Counted from the first letter of the stretch, positions 9,524 to 19,873 are shown. The stretch: DNA of 64,000 nucleotides from Rhizobium sp. Q54 (GCA_945902735.1 CAMDNF010000003.1:2311-66310); one strand, 5' to 3'. Made by a program: numbers and translations. Notes: generated from the sequence alone by a model not told the origin.

Positions 9524-10665
9524 GCCGAGACCACGGAACGTAAAAGCGTACCAAGCGCGGCACTCGCGGTCTTTAGGCTATGGCGCGTGGCGACACGGTC
9601 ATAAGCGGCTTGGCCAAAGGCCGCGCGGCGTGCGTCGTCGTCAAGCAATCTGACCACGGCCTCGGCAAAGCTCATGGGATTGCGCGCCTCGACCAATGCG
9701 CCGGTCACGCCATCGACGATGATTTCCGAAACCCCGCGCTCGTGCCCCGCCACGACCGCCAATCCAGCCGCCTGCGCTTCGAGCAACGCCATGCCATAGG
9801 CCTCATTCACCGCGGGCCACACCATAAGATCCGCCACCGCGTAGAAATCGGGTAAATCATCTTCTGCCCGCATCCCGGCATAGCGAACGCGCTCAGGACC
9901 AAGCGGCGCCAGCGCCTGTTCAACCGCGCCACGCGCCTCGCCATCGCCAACCACGATCAACGCAAATCGAGGCCGCCCGATCAGCTCGAGCGCGCGCCCT
10001 AGCAGGCGATAGGACGCCAGCTTATCGCCCGGCCGCATCATGCCAACGGCGAGCAACCATGGTTGCGCGGGGTCAAGATCGAGGCTGGCCGCGAGCCGCG
10101 CGCGATGGTCCCACCGCGCCTCGCGCGCTGTTTGATAGGGCTCGGGGTCGAGGAACGGCGGCAGGCGGTGTAACCGGCTCGGCACCAAACCCAGCGGCGC
10201 GAGCCCGGTCTCGTCTTCCGGCGTGAAGGAAATCACCGCCGCCGCGCGACCGATTGCGCCCGCGGCAGCCTCGTTGTTGAGTGCATAAGGCCCATGCGTC
10301 TGCTTGCGAGCGAACGAGGCCTCGGCGACCACATAGGGAATGCCGAGCGCCTCTGCGACCTCGGGCCCAATCCAATCGGGCGCCTTGTGGTAGAGGTGAT
10401 AGGTGAACCAGAGGCGCGGTCGTTCTGCCGGCCTCCGCGTTTTGTATTTGGCGATCAATCGGCGCGCGGCGCGCAAGCCACTTGATTTGAGCGCCATCTG
10501 CCTTCGACGATCGCCCTCGCCCTCATAGGCGCGAAACCGCGAGGCCAATTCGACCTCATGGCCGGCCCCTTCAAGCGCCCGCATCAAGAGCCGCGCCACG
10601 CGCCGATCGCCCGACGGCGCCTTGTGGGTCGGCGGTTTCATCGGTGCATAGAACGCGATGTTCAT
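9520..10665 (-). CDS. glycosyltransferase family 4 (group 1)
   Basis: MNIAFYAPMKPP start lies adjacent to the upstream stop. The C-terminal segment VWPAVNEAYGMALLEAQAAGLAVVAGHERGVSEIIVDGVTG matches the GT4 EX7E motif. Confidence 0.8.
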   Translation of the reverse strand: MNIAFYAPMKPPTHKAPSGDRRVARLLMRALEGAGHEVELASRFRAYEGEGDRRRQMALKSSGLRAARRLIAKYKTRRPAERPRLWFTYHLYHKAPDWIGPEVAEALGIPYVVAEASFARKQTHGPYALNNEAAAGAIGRAAAVISFTPEDETGLAPLGLVPSRLHRLPPFLDPEPYQTAREARWDHRARLAASLDLDPAQPWLLAVGMMRPGDKLASYRLLGRALELIGRPRFALIVVGDGEARGAVEQALAPLGPERVRYAGMRAEDDLPDFYAVADLMVWPAVNEAYGMALLEAQAAGLAVVAGHERGVSEIIVDGVTGALVEARNPMSFAEAVVRLLDDDARRAAFGQAAYDRVATRHSLKTASAALGTLLRSVVSA

Positions 10666-11885
10666 GACAGCCCGAAGCGCGCGGCGAGCGGCGCGATGCA
10701 CGCCTCAAGCGAGAAGTGCCGGCGCACATGTTCAAAGCCCGCCGCGCCAAGCCGCTCGCGTAAAGTGGGGTCGCGAATCATCCGCTCAAGCGCCGCCGCC
10801 AGTGCTTTGGGATCGGCGGGCGGCACCAGAAGCCCGGTCTCGCCATCGGTGATCAATTCGGGCACCGCGGCGAACAAGGTCGCCACCACCGCGCGCGCTT
10901 GGCTCAAGGCTTCGAGCAGAACATTCGGCAGCCCGTCCTGATCGCCGCTTGTGGCGCGCCGGCTCGCCAGCACGAAAAAATCCGCGCTCCGTAGCGCCTC
11001 GAGCACGAAGGTCTGCGGCTGCGCACCGTGCCATTCAATATGCGCCGCGAGATTGAGCGTCGCGGCTTTGTCACGTAAATCCGGCAATAACGGGCCACCG
11101 CCGATATGCACGAAGCGCCAGGCGAGGCTTCGCGGTAGAAGCGCGAGCGCGTCGAGCAGATCGTCATAACCTTTTTTTTCTACCGCCCGCCCGACCGAAA
11201 GAATGATCACCGGCGCGCCCATTTGGCTGCCATCGCGCGTCGCCGCATGAGCGGGCGGCGGCGGAAAGCGCTCGAGATCGAGACCATGATAAATGAGTGA
11301 GACACGGCCATCGGGCGCGAGCCCGTTCAAATGGTCGAGATTCGCGCGTGTGCACGTCACCGCGAAGTCGCACGCCTCGAGCTTCTCGCGCTTTTCCCAC
11401 GCGGGCGTTGTCCAAATATCTTTGGCGTGCGCCGAAACGCTGAATTTCAACCTGCGCAGCGCTGCGGCATAGCGCGCGACCGATGAAGGCGTGTGGAGGA
11501 AATGGGCGTGCAGCCGTATCACGTCATCGGCCAATTCATCGGCGAGCACGAGCGCCTGGCCGAACCGGCGAATGCGGTTGCGGCTCAAATCCCGCATCAA
11601 ATCCTTGAGCCACAGAAGCCGCGCTAATTTATAGCCCGGCTTTTGCCGAGCCCGCCGCCATGCGGCAAACACGCGTGACGGTTCTTGGTGCAAATATTCG
11701 GGCAAATAGGTGATGGGCGCCGCGATCTCATCGTGGATCGGGTGACGAACTCGCTCGGTCGGGTGGCGCAATGAATAGAGCCTGAGCTTGAGCCCGCGTC
11801 CTTCAAGCGCCCTGATTTCTTGCGCGATGAAGGTCTCGGAGAGGCGAGGATAGCCCTTGAGAATAAACGCGACCGCCTTATCCAC
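10662..11885 (-). CDS. glycosyltransferase family 4 (WcaL-like)
   Basis: MDKAVAFILKGYPRLSETFIAQEIRALEGRG N-terminus and a GT4 C-domain (FVLASRRATSGDQDGLPNVLLEALSQARAVVAT). Confidence 0.75.
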   Translation of the reverse strand: MDKAVAFILKGYPRLSETFIAQEIRALEGRGLKLRLYSLRHPTERVRHPIHDEIAAPITYLPEYLHQEPSRVFAAWRRARQKPGYKLARLLWLKDLMRDLSRNRIRRFGQALVLADELADDVIRLHAHFLHTPSSVARYAAALRRLKFSVSAHAKDIWTTPAWEKREKLEACDFAVTCTRANLDHLNGLAPDGRVSLIYHGLDLERFPPPPAHAATRDGSQMGAPVIILSVGRAVEKKGYDDLLDALALLPRSLAWRFVHIGGGPLLPDLRDKAATLNLAAHIEWHGAQPQTFVLEALRSADFFVLASRRATSGDQDGLPNVLLEALSQARAVVATLFAAVPELITDGETGLLVPPADPKALAAALERMIRDPTLRERLGAAGFEHVRRHFSLEACIAPLAARFGLS

Positions 11886-11903
11886 GATGCCGACGGGGCT
11901 CGT

Positions 11904-13130
11904 TCAGGTCTGTCGCGCGACGACTCGCAGGCGCGGCGCGGCGCGGCGCTTTTCGAGCTTCTGGCGAACCAGCTTGTTGACGCTATCGAGCCCGTCGAGC
12001 AAGCCCGGCACCACCACGGCCGACGGCAGACGTTGGCTCGGCAGGCGCCGGATCGCGGTCGCCATGGCGCGCGGGTCGCGCCGCTCGTCCTCGAGCAGCA
12101 TGGCAATGAGGCCAAGCTTCTGCGCGCGTGCGGCACGGATATATTGCTCCATGCGTGGCACGCGGCGCGGCACGATGATCGCGCGCTTGTCGAACGACAG
12201 AATTTCGCAAAACGTGTTGTAGCCGCCCATCGCGACCACGCCGAGCGCGCGCGCCATGAGTGTTTCCATATGGGCATCGAAGGTGATCATGTGCACTTTG
12301 GAAAGTTTGCTGGCGCGTTTGAGAAACTCGCCCTGCTTTTCCGAATGCATGAAGGGCCCAAGCACGAGCAGCGCGGGATAGGGCAGATCAGGATCGTACT
12401 CATAGGCCTTAAGCACCCAATCGATCAAGGCCTCACCATCGCCGCCGCCACCGGGGGTGACCAAAACATAGGGCGCGCGGATCGGCAGATCCTTCAACTT
12501 GGCAACCGATGATGTTTCGGCGCGCCGCAAATAACCCGTGAAGGTAATTTTCTCGCGCACCGCTTTGGGCAGCGAAATCTCCGCCAGCGGATCGCAAATT
12601 TGCGGCAGGCCATAAACCCAGATGTCGTCATAAAGATTTTTGAGCGCGGGCAGCACGTTTTTGCGTTGCCATTCGGGTTCGAGCAAGGAAGGCTCGTCCA
12701 TCACATCGCGTAGGCCCAGCACAAGCGGCGTGCCACGCTCGCGCAGCATATGGAGCGTTTCCGCCACTTCGCCGCGCAAGCCCAAAGGCTCCTTGTCGAC
12801 CAAGAAAAGGTCTGGGTCGAAAATGTCAGCGGTGTGTTTGATGATCGAGGCGCGAAGGTTGATCGTCTCCTCGATATCGATATGAAGGTTGAGCGGCGTG
12901 TATTCGCCATTGCGCAGTTTGATCACGCCCGGCACGCGGACGAAATCGACCCGGCCACGAAGGTCGAAACTGCCGATGATCGGCGAGCCCGATAGAATCA
13001 GAACCGAAAGATCGCGATTTTCTTCGACCAACGAGTGTGCGATCGCGCGGCAGCGGCACAAATGGCCGAGGCCGAACGTATCGTGGCTATAGATCAGGAT
13101 TCGTGGACCCGTGCGCATTTTACTATCCAT
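11904..13130 (-). CDS. glycosyltransferase, GT-B fold (MGT/GT28-like)
   Basis: PRILIYSHDTFGLGHLCRCRAIAHSL N-domain. Paralog of 7770..8921. Confidence 0.65.
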   Translation of the reverse strand: MDSKMRTGPRILIYSHDTFGLGHLCRCRAIAHSLVEENRDLSVLILSGSPIIGSFDLRGRVDFVRVPGVIKLRNGEYTPLNLHIDIEETINLRASIIKHTADIFDPDLFLVDKEPLGLRGEVAETLHMLRERGTPLVLGLRDVMDEPSLLEPEWQRKNVLPALKNLYDDIWVYGLPQICDPLAEISLPKAVREKITFTGYLRRAETSSVAKLKDLPIRAPYVLVTPGGGGDGEALIDWVLKAYEYDPDLPYPALLVLGPFMHSEKQGEFLKRASKLSKVHMITFDAHMETLMARALGVVAMGGYNTFCEILSFDKRAIIVPRRVPRMEQYIRAARAQKLGLIAMLLEDERRDPRAMATAIRRLPSQRLPSAVVVPGLLDGLDSVNKLVRQKLEKRRAAPRLRVVARQT

Positions 13131-13336
13131 CGCGGCCCCCGAGGCCTGTCCATTTTATTTTGCCGATCCACCCATTGTCGGGCGGCGGGTTCGGGCGACG
13201 CATTATGCCATAGGCCGGGCGGATGATGAAGGGCCCACGGACACCGATTTCCCAAGGAAACACGATGGTTTACGACCGAAGCCCGGTGAATTAGTGTGGC
13301 GCGGCGACATACGTGGGCGCGACCGTCTGCCGGGTC

Positions 13337-16021
13337 ATGGAAAAAATCTCTTCAAGTTCATCTTCAAATACACCCGCAGGCAGCAGATCTACATCATCTG
13401 TGTGACCGCGGCGGCATTGCCTTTCTATTACTCCTCACTCGACATCCCGAAAAAAAATCGTTAACGCCGCGCTGAAAGTCGACGACCCGATGACCGCGGG
13501 CGATGAGTTCCCGCGCTATCTCTCTGTGCTCGGCTTCGACATCATCGCGCTCGACCAGCTGCCGCTGCTCTTCGCGCTCTGCGCGCTTTTTCTGGCGCTC
13601 GAGCTCGTCAATGGCGGCTTCAAGATGTATATCAACATCTACAAAGGTCGCCTTGGCGAGCGGATGCTGCGCCGTATCCGCTATATGCTCTATGCGCGGA
13701 TCATGCGCTTTCCCCTGCCGCATTTCCGAAAGATCTCGACCGGCGAGCTGGTCCCGATGATCACCTCCGAGGTCGAACCCTTGGGCGGCTTCATTGGCGA
13801 TGCCTTCGCGCTGCCGGCGCTCCAAGGCGGCCTGCTCCTCACCGCTATTTTCTACATTTTCTCGCAAGATCCTTACATGGGCGCGGCCGCGGTCGCGCTC
13901 TATCCCATGCAGGCCTATGTCATTCCGAAACTGCAGAAGAAGGTCAATCAACTCTCCAAGCTGCGCGTCAAAGAGGTGCGCGGTCTTGCCGAGCGGATGA
14001 CCGAAACGGTGCAGGGCGTGCAAGAAATTCACGCGCATAACACCGCGCACTATCATTTTTCCGAATTTTCCGAACGCCTCGGCGAGGTGTTCAACATCCG
14101 CTTTCAGATCTACAACAAAAAATTCTTCATCAAATTTTTGAACAACTTCATCGCACAGCTGACGCCGTTTTTCTTTTTCACGGTGGGCGGCTATTTGGTG
14201 ATCAAGGGCGATCTCTCGCTTGGCTCGCTGGTCGCGGTGCTCGCGGCCTATAAGGACCTCTCGCCGCCTTGGAAGGAACTGCTCAATTTCTATCAGCAGT
14301 TTCAGGACGTACGAATCAAATACGAGCAGGTGATCGGGCAGTTCGAACCGCCTGGCATGATGAATGAGGAAAAGCAGCTGAGTGAGCCCGAGATCATTCC
14401 GCCCCTGAAAGGCGAATTACAGGCCGCCAATGTTTCGCTGCAAGATGAAGACCAGGTTTCGATCGTGAGCGGCGTCAGCGTGCGCTTCAAACTCGACGAG
14501 CACGTCGCGGTGGTTGGCAGCGCGGGCAGCGGCAAAGAGGAACTTCTGCTCGTTCTGGCGCGCTTGATTGAGCCCACAAGTGGGCGTGTCGCGGCCGGCG
14601 GCACCGAACTCGGCCCCTTGCCCGAAGCCATAACCGGGCGCCGCATCGGTTTCGTGAGCCAGAATGCGTATTGTTTCTCCGCGTCCTTGCGGAACAATAT
14701 TCTCTACGGTCTAAAGCACCGCCCCATTTCCGATCCGCCGCCCGAGATCGCCGATCCCGCCGAACGCAAGCGTTGGCTGAGCGAAGCCGTTGTCGCCGGC
14801 AATTCCCGCTACGACATTTTGGCCGATTGGGTCGATTACAATGCCGCGGGCGCATCCGATAGCGCGGGCGCGACCGGGGCCGCACTCCAAGCCGCCCAAA
14901 TCGCCGACCTCGCCGATGACATTTATCAATTCGGTTTGCGCGGCGCGCTGGATCCCGTCAAGCAGCCTGCGGCCGCAGCAAAAATACTCGAGGCCCGCCG
15001 TGCGCTGAGCGAGCGCATTCATGAACCGGCCTATACGAATTTGGTCGAACGCTTCGATCGCGAGCGCTACTGCACCAATGCCACGCTGGCCGAGAATCTT
15101 ATCTTCGGCAATACGGTCGGCAAAACCTTCGATATGGATCGCCTGGCCGAGCACCCCTTCGTTCTCCAGGTGCTCGATAAATGCGGATTGACCGATGATA
15201 TTTTGACCAAGGGTCATCAACTTGCCGCGACGATGATCGAATTGTTTGCCGATCTGCCGAGCGATCATGAGCTATTCCAGCGCTTCAGTTTCATCAGCGC
15301 CGACGATCTGCCCGATTACCAGGCGCTGCTCGGCCGGGTTGAGCGCGACAAGCTGAAAGAGATCAAAGGCCCCGACCGTACCCGCCTATTGTCGCTGCCC
15401 TTCAAATTGGTGCCGGCGCGTCATCGCCTCGGCCTAATCGATGAGGCGTTTCAGCCGCGCGTCCTTGTCGCGCGCCGTATGTTCCATGATGAATTACCTG
15501 AGGCGCTGGCCCGCGCGGTCGAATTCTTCGATGCCGAGCACTACAACGCGGCCGCGACCGTGCAGGACAATATCCTGTTCGGCAAGGTCGCCTATGGCGT
15601 TGCCGATGCGCAGGACAAAGTTGGCGCGTTGATTTCAGAGGTGATCGCCAGCCATGAACTCAAGGACGTCGTGATGTCGGTCGGGCTTGAGGCAGAGGCC
15701 GGTATCGGCGGCTCGCGGCTTTCGGTCGCGCAGCGCCAAAAAATCGCCATCGCCCGTAACGTGATCAAACAGCCCGATGTTCTGTTCATCTCCGAAGCCA
15801 CAAGCGCGCTCGATAGCGCTTCGCAGGGCCGGGTGATGCAGAACCTCCGTCAAGCCTTCAAGGGCCGCGGCCTGGTCTGGTCGCTCCAGCGGGCGAGCTT
15901 TGCCAAAAGCTTCGATCGAGTGCTGGTGATGCGGAATGGCTCGGTGGTCGAGCAGGGCCTGTTCGAGGAGGTCGACAAAGAGGGGCCGGCCTTCCGAGAA
16001 CTCTCAATGGCGGAAAACTAG
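13337..16021 (+). CDS. atypical ABC exporter (transmembrane domain plus degenerate NBD with an internal insertion of about 290 aa); N-terminal region disrupted by two compensating homopolymer frameshifts
   Basis: Main ORF 13490..16021 has an ABC_membrane-like TM region. Walker A is GSAGSGKE, Q-loop VSQNAY, signature LSVAQRQKIAIAR, Walker B VLFISEATSALD and H-loop position SLQRAS. A segment resembling ENILFG occurs three times (RNNILYG, AENLIFG, QDNILFG) between Walker A and the signature. The ATG at 13337 plus +1 at the A6 run (13341-13346) and -1 at the A8 run (13450-13457) gives MEKNLFKFIFKYTRRQQIYIICVTAAALPFYYSSLDIPKKIVNAALKVDDPMTAGDEF... Confidence 0.7.
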
Positions 16022-16119
16022 GTGGATTCGGCTTTCCCAGGCCGGGTCACCGGCCCATTATAGAGGATAGAGGTCTGGATGAATTGGGCGGGCGGGTCAA
16101 AGGACCATGAGGTGACCTC

Positions 16120-16596
16120 ATGATTTTGCAGGAAGATGTCGATCTGCTGCGCAACATTCCGCTGTTCCGCAACATCGATTCCTCGAAGCTTAAGCTCTTG
16201 GCGTTCACCGCCGAACGCCTGACCTATCACGCGGGCGATGTGTTGTTCAGCCAGGGCGACCAGGGCGATGCGGCCTATATCATCGTTCAGGGTGAAGCCG
16301 ACGTAATCATCAACACGCCGAGCGGATCGCTCACCGTTGCCACGGTCAAGAAGAACGATTTTGTCGGCGAAATCGCGATCCTGTGTGATGTGCCGCGTAC
16401 CGCGACCGTCAAAGCCAAATCGGAAGTTGTCACGCTGCGCATCGCGAAAGACGTGTTCTTCCAACTCGTTCAACAATTCCCGCAAATCTCGGTTGAGCTG
16501 ATGCGCGAGCTCGCGGGGCGGCTTGAGCGCACCAATCAAAAGCTCCAGCAAGCGGTCGGCGAGATCAAGCGCCTCTCTTCCGTCAATCCGACATGA
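16120..16596 (+). CDS. cyclic nucleotide-binding domain protein (stand-alone CAP-type cNMP domain, no HTH)
   Basis: 158 aa with LLRNIPLFRNIDSSKLKLLAF...GDQGDAAYIIVQGEADVI...FVGEIAILCDVPRTATVKA. It lies 99 nt downstream of the ABC gene. Confidence 0.85.
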   Translation: MILQEDVDLLRNIPLFRNIDSSKLKLLAFTAERLTYHAGDVLFSQGDQGDAAYIIVQGEADVIINTPSGSLTVATVKKNDFVGEIAILCDVPRTATVKAKSEVVTLRIAKDVFFQLVQQFPQISVELMRELAGRLERTNQKLQQAVGEIKRLSSVNPT

Positions 16597-16606
16597 ACGG
16601 ATCGAC

Positions 16607-17095
16607 GTGAGTCGGCTTGATAGTTTTCTCCGCCGCATCACGGCGCAACGCGACTGCCTCGATCACGCCGCCACATTGATCGCCGCCATCGAAGGACCGA
16701 TCGTCGAGCTTGGGCTCGGCAATGGCCGCACCTTCGATCATTTGCGGGCCCTCTTTCCGCACCGTGAAATTTTCGCGTTCGACCGCCGGCTCGCGGCCGA
16801 TCCCGCTAGCGCGCCCGATCCCGCACACCTCGTATTGGGCGATTTTCGCGATAGCGTGCCAGCCGCCCTCACCCGTATCGGCGCACCGGCCGCGCTTGTG
16901 CATTGCGATTTCGGCAGTGGCCGGCCCGAGCGCGACCGAGCCCTTGCCGCCTCGATCGCACCGATGCTGTTGCCAATTCTTGCCAAGGGCGCGGTCGCGG
17001 TGAGCGACCAAGCGCTCGATCATCCATCGTTCGTCGCGGCGGCACTGCCCGGCGGCGTCGAACCGGGGCGGTATTTTATCTACCGCATTTCTTAG
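16607..17095 (+). CDS. small Rossmann-fold, SAM-methyltransferase-like protein, paralog B
   Basis: A GTG at 16607 gives MSRLDSFLRRITAQRDCLDHAATLI...IVELGLGNGRTFDHLRALFPHREIFAFDR...LVHCDFGSG. About 55% identical to 3411..3938. It lies 11 nt after the cNMP gene's stop. Confidence 0.5.
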   Translation: MSRLDSFLRRITAQRDCLDHAATLIAAIEGPIVELGLGNGRTFDHLRALFPHREIFAFDRRLAADPASAPDPAHLVLGDFRDSVPAALTRIGAPAALVHCDFGSGRPERDRALAASIAPMLLPILAKGAVAVSDQALDHPSFVAAALPGGVEPGRYFIYRIS

Positions 17096-18886
17096 GCTTC
17101 GCCCGAAGGAAGTCCCGCTTTCAAACAAGCATCGCGCAGATGATCGGCGTCCGCCGGATTCGCGAACGGTGCGTTGGTCAGCATGTCCCGCACCGTGAGC
17201 TTCGCGTTGAGCCGGATGGCCTCACGCACATGAGTGTCGGCGTCCGCGGCTCGTCCGAGCATGGCATGGCTGGCCGCGATAAAGACATGATGCGGGGCGC
17301 GCAGCGGCGAGACCCGCCGATAGGTTTGAATGGCGCGCTCATAGTCGCGCGCGCAGAATTGGGCTTGCGCCAAATAGCCGGCGCGCCGATTGGCCTCGGA
17401 AGGATCGAGCCGGAGCGCGTGCTCGACCCACTCGATCGCCTCGAGCGGCCGACCAAGCCAGGTCAGCAGTTCGCCCTGTTGCGACAGCACGCGCGGATCG
17501 TTTGGGACCAAGGCATAGGCCTGTTCCTGATGAAATTGGGCGCGCTCGAGGTTACGGAAAAAATAGAGGTTGAGCGCCGCGAGCAGGCGGTGGCACTCGA
17601 AGTCATTCGCGCCGAGCGCTTCGAGCGTCCGCACCATGCGTTCGGATTCATCAGCAAGGTCTTTGGTCGAGACACCATAGCCTTGCGCCCATGACTGGCC
17701 AAGAATGCAGGCTCGCCAGGCGTGCGCCTCGGCATAGTCCGGGTCGCGCTCGATCGCTCTCTCGATCATCTCCATCGCTTTGTCGTTGTCCGTCTTCGAG
17801 CGCTTGTGGTGATAGTCCTTGGCGCGCAGCAAATAATCATAGGCCGCCATTTCCTGCGGCGGTTTGCGCTTGGCCACCTCCGTTTGCGCGGCCTCGACCC
17901 GGCCCGGCAAGGCCGCGACGATCATTTGCGTGATCTCGTCCTGCACAGCGAAGACGTCGGCCAAGTCACGCTCGAAGCGTTCGGCCCACAGATGATGGCC
18001 CTTTCCGGCGTCGATCAGCTGGACCGTGATGCGCACCCGATTGCCGGACTTGCGCGCGCTGCCCTCGACGACATACGCGACGCCGAGCTCGCGCCCGACC
18101 TGCTTGATATCGACCGCGCGGCCCTTGTAGATGAAGGTCGAATTGCGCGCGATGACGAACAGATCGGGATAGCGCGACAATTCGGTGATGACGTCTTCCA
18201 CAATGCCGTCGACGAAATATTCCTGCTCGGCATCACCGCTCATATTTTGGAACGGCAGCACGGCGATCGAAGGTTTGTCTGAGATCGCCACAACCTTTGG
18301 GTCTGCTTTCGTGGCCGGCGCCTTGGCGGTGGTCTTTGGTCCCGACGAGCGTTCAAGACGATAGGTCCGCACCGGCTCGGCGATGTTCTTGAAGCGCTGC
18401 GCACCGAGGTCGACAAACGCGACGGGTAGTTTTTGACGCACTTGATCATAAACCGCGCCAGCCACCACGATCGTGCCCGGTTCGGCTGATCCTTGCAGCC
18501 GGGCCGCAATATTGACGCCGTCGCCGAATATGTCGCCACCCTCGACGATCACGTCGCCAAGGTTCACCCCCATGCGAAATTCCATCCGGCGTTCCGGGGG
18601 GCAGGTCGACATTGCACGCCGCGATGCCATCTTGCATATCGAGCGCACACTTTACGGCATCGATGGTCGAAGGAAATTCGGCCAGCACGCTATCGCCCGC
18701 CGTGCTCACCACGCGCCCATTATTGTTTGAGACGCAGCCTTCGATGGAAGAGCGACACGCGTTCAAGGTTTTGAGCGTGCCCTCCTCGTCCTCGCCCATC
18801 ATCCGGCTATAGCCGGCGACATCGGCGCTCAAAATCGCGGCCAGACGGCGCCGCGTCGTGCTCGCGTCCATCATTTCAATACCCAA
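17092..18886 (-). CDS. class III adenylate/guanylate cyclase fused to a TolB/CadC-like segment and C-terminal TPR repeats; apparent frameshift in the G-run 18596-18601
   Basis: ORF 18446..18886 carries the start of the cyclase homology domain (LAAILSADVAGYSRMMGEDEEGTLKTLN...STAGDSVLAEFPS). ORF 17092..18648 has the rest (RMEFRMGVNLGDVIVEGGDIFGDGVNIAARLQ) followed by TPR-like repeats. Removing one C from the minus-strand C6 run joins them: ...CNVDLPPERRMEFRMGV... Confidence 0.8.
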
Positions 18887-18952
18887 AAATCCAATCGTGC
18901 TGCAATCTTAGGATCATGACGGCATCGAGACAATCACCCCGCCCTACTCGCT

Positions 18953-19744
18953 CTAAACACTGATCTCGACCGTCACCGGCACATGATCGGAAGGCGGCTT
19001 CCAGTCGCGCGCCGGCTTAAACACATGCGCCGCGCGCAGGCGCTCCTTCAGCACTGGCGAGACCCAAATATGGTCGAGCCGCCGGCCGCGATCGGATTTA
19101 GCCCAATCGGCCGCGCGATAGCTCCACCAGGAATAGAGCCGTTCTTCGGGCGGCACGAAATGCCGCACCGCATCGACGAATTTATAGGAGGCCATCCATT
19201 TGCCCAGGAGCTCAACCTCGATCGGCGTATGGCTGACCACAGCGAGCAATTGCTTGTGCGACCAAACATCGGTCTCCAGCGGCGCGACATTGAGGTCGCC
19301 CACTAAAACAAGCAGCGCCTTGCGCGTTTTCAGCGCGCCAAACCAATCCGCGGCCTCGCGCAGGAAAGCGAGTTTGTGGGCGAATTTCTCGTTCGCCTCG
19401 GGATCCGGAATATCGCCGCCAGCCGGGACATAGAAATTATGAATCTCGATCCCGTTCTCCAGCGTGATCGAGGCGTGGCGCTTATCGTCCTTGCCGCACC
19501 AGCCGCGCGCCTCCTGCTTCGCGAACGGCAGGCGCGAGAGAATCGCGACGCCATGGTGATTTTTTTGGCCGGCAATCGCCTGGTGCTCATAGCCGAGGCG
19601 CGCAAACGCCTCACGCGGAAAACCGTCGTCCACCACCTTGGTCTCTTGGAAGCAGAAGACGTCGGCCCCCGTCGCCGTGATGAGCGCCGGCAAATGCTCG
19701 ACGCGCAGGCGTACGGAATTCACATTCCAGGTCGTCAGGCGCAT
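18953..19744 (-). CDS. xthA: exodeoxyribonuclease III
   Basis: MRLTTWNVNSVRLR...FCFQETK...GDLNVAP...SDHVPV are the EEP-family ExoIII hallmarks. Confidence 0.9.
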   Translation of the reverse strand: MRLTTWNVNSVRLRVEHLPALITATGADVFCFQETKVVDDGFPREAFARLGYEHQAIAGQKNHHGVAILSRLPFAKQEARGWCGKDDKRHASITLENGIEIHNFYVPAGGDIPDPEANEKFAHKLAFLREAADWFGALKTRKALLVLVGDLNVAPLETDVWSHKQLLAVVSHTPIEVELLGKWMASYKFVDAVRHFVPPEERLYSWWSYRAADWAKSDRGRRLDHIWVSPVLKERLRAAHVFKPARDWKPPSDHVPVTVEISV

Positions 19745-19873
19745 GGGCGAGAACCTCTTTGGCCTAGGGGGCCCAGGAGATATAGCCGCTCCCGGCAAAG
19801 CGGGCGAAACAAAACAGGCGGGACAGGTGCCTGCCCTGCCCCGCCCGATCTCCTAAGAAAACCGTTGAGAGTT

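Noticed and set aside
13111-13464. Track ORF of 117 aa upstream of the ABC gene
   Set aside because: Its 5' part is intergenic-looking sequence overlapping the divergent GT start. Its 3' part is the frameshifted N-terminus of the ABC exporter, so it is not an independent gene.
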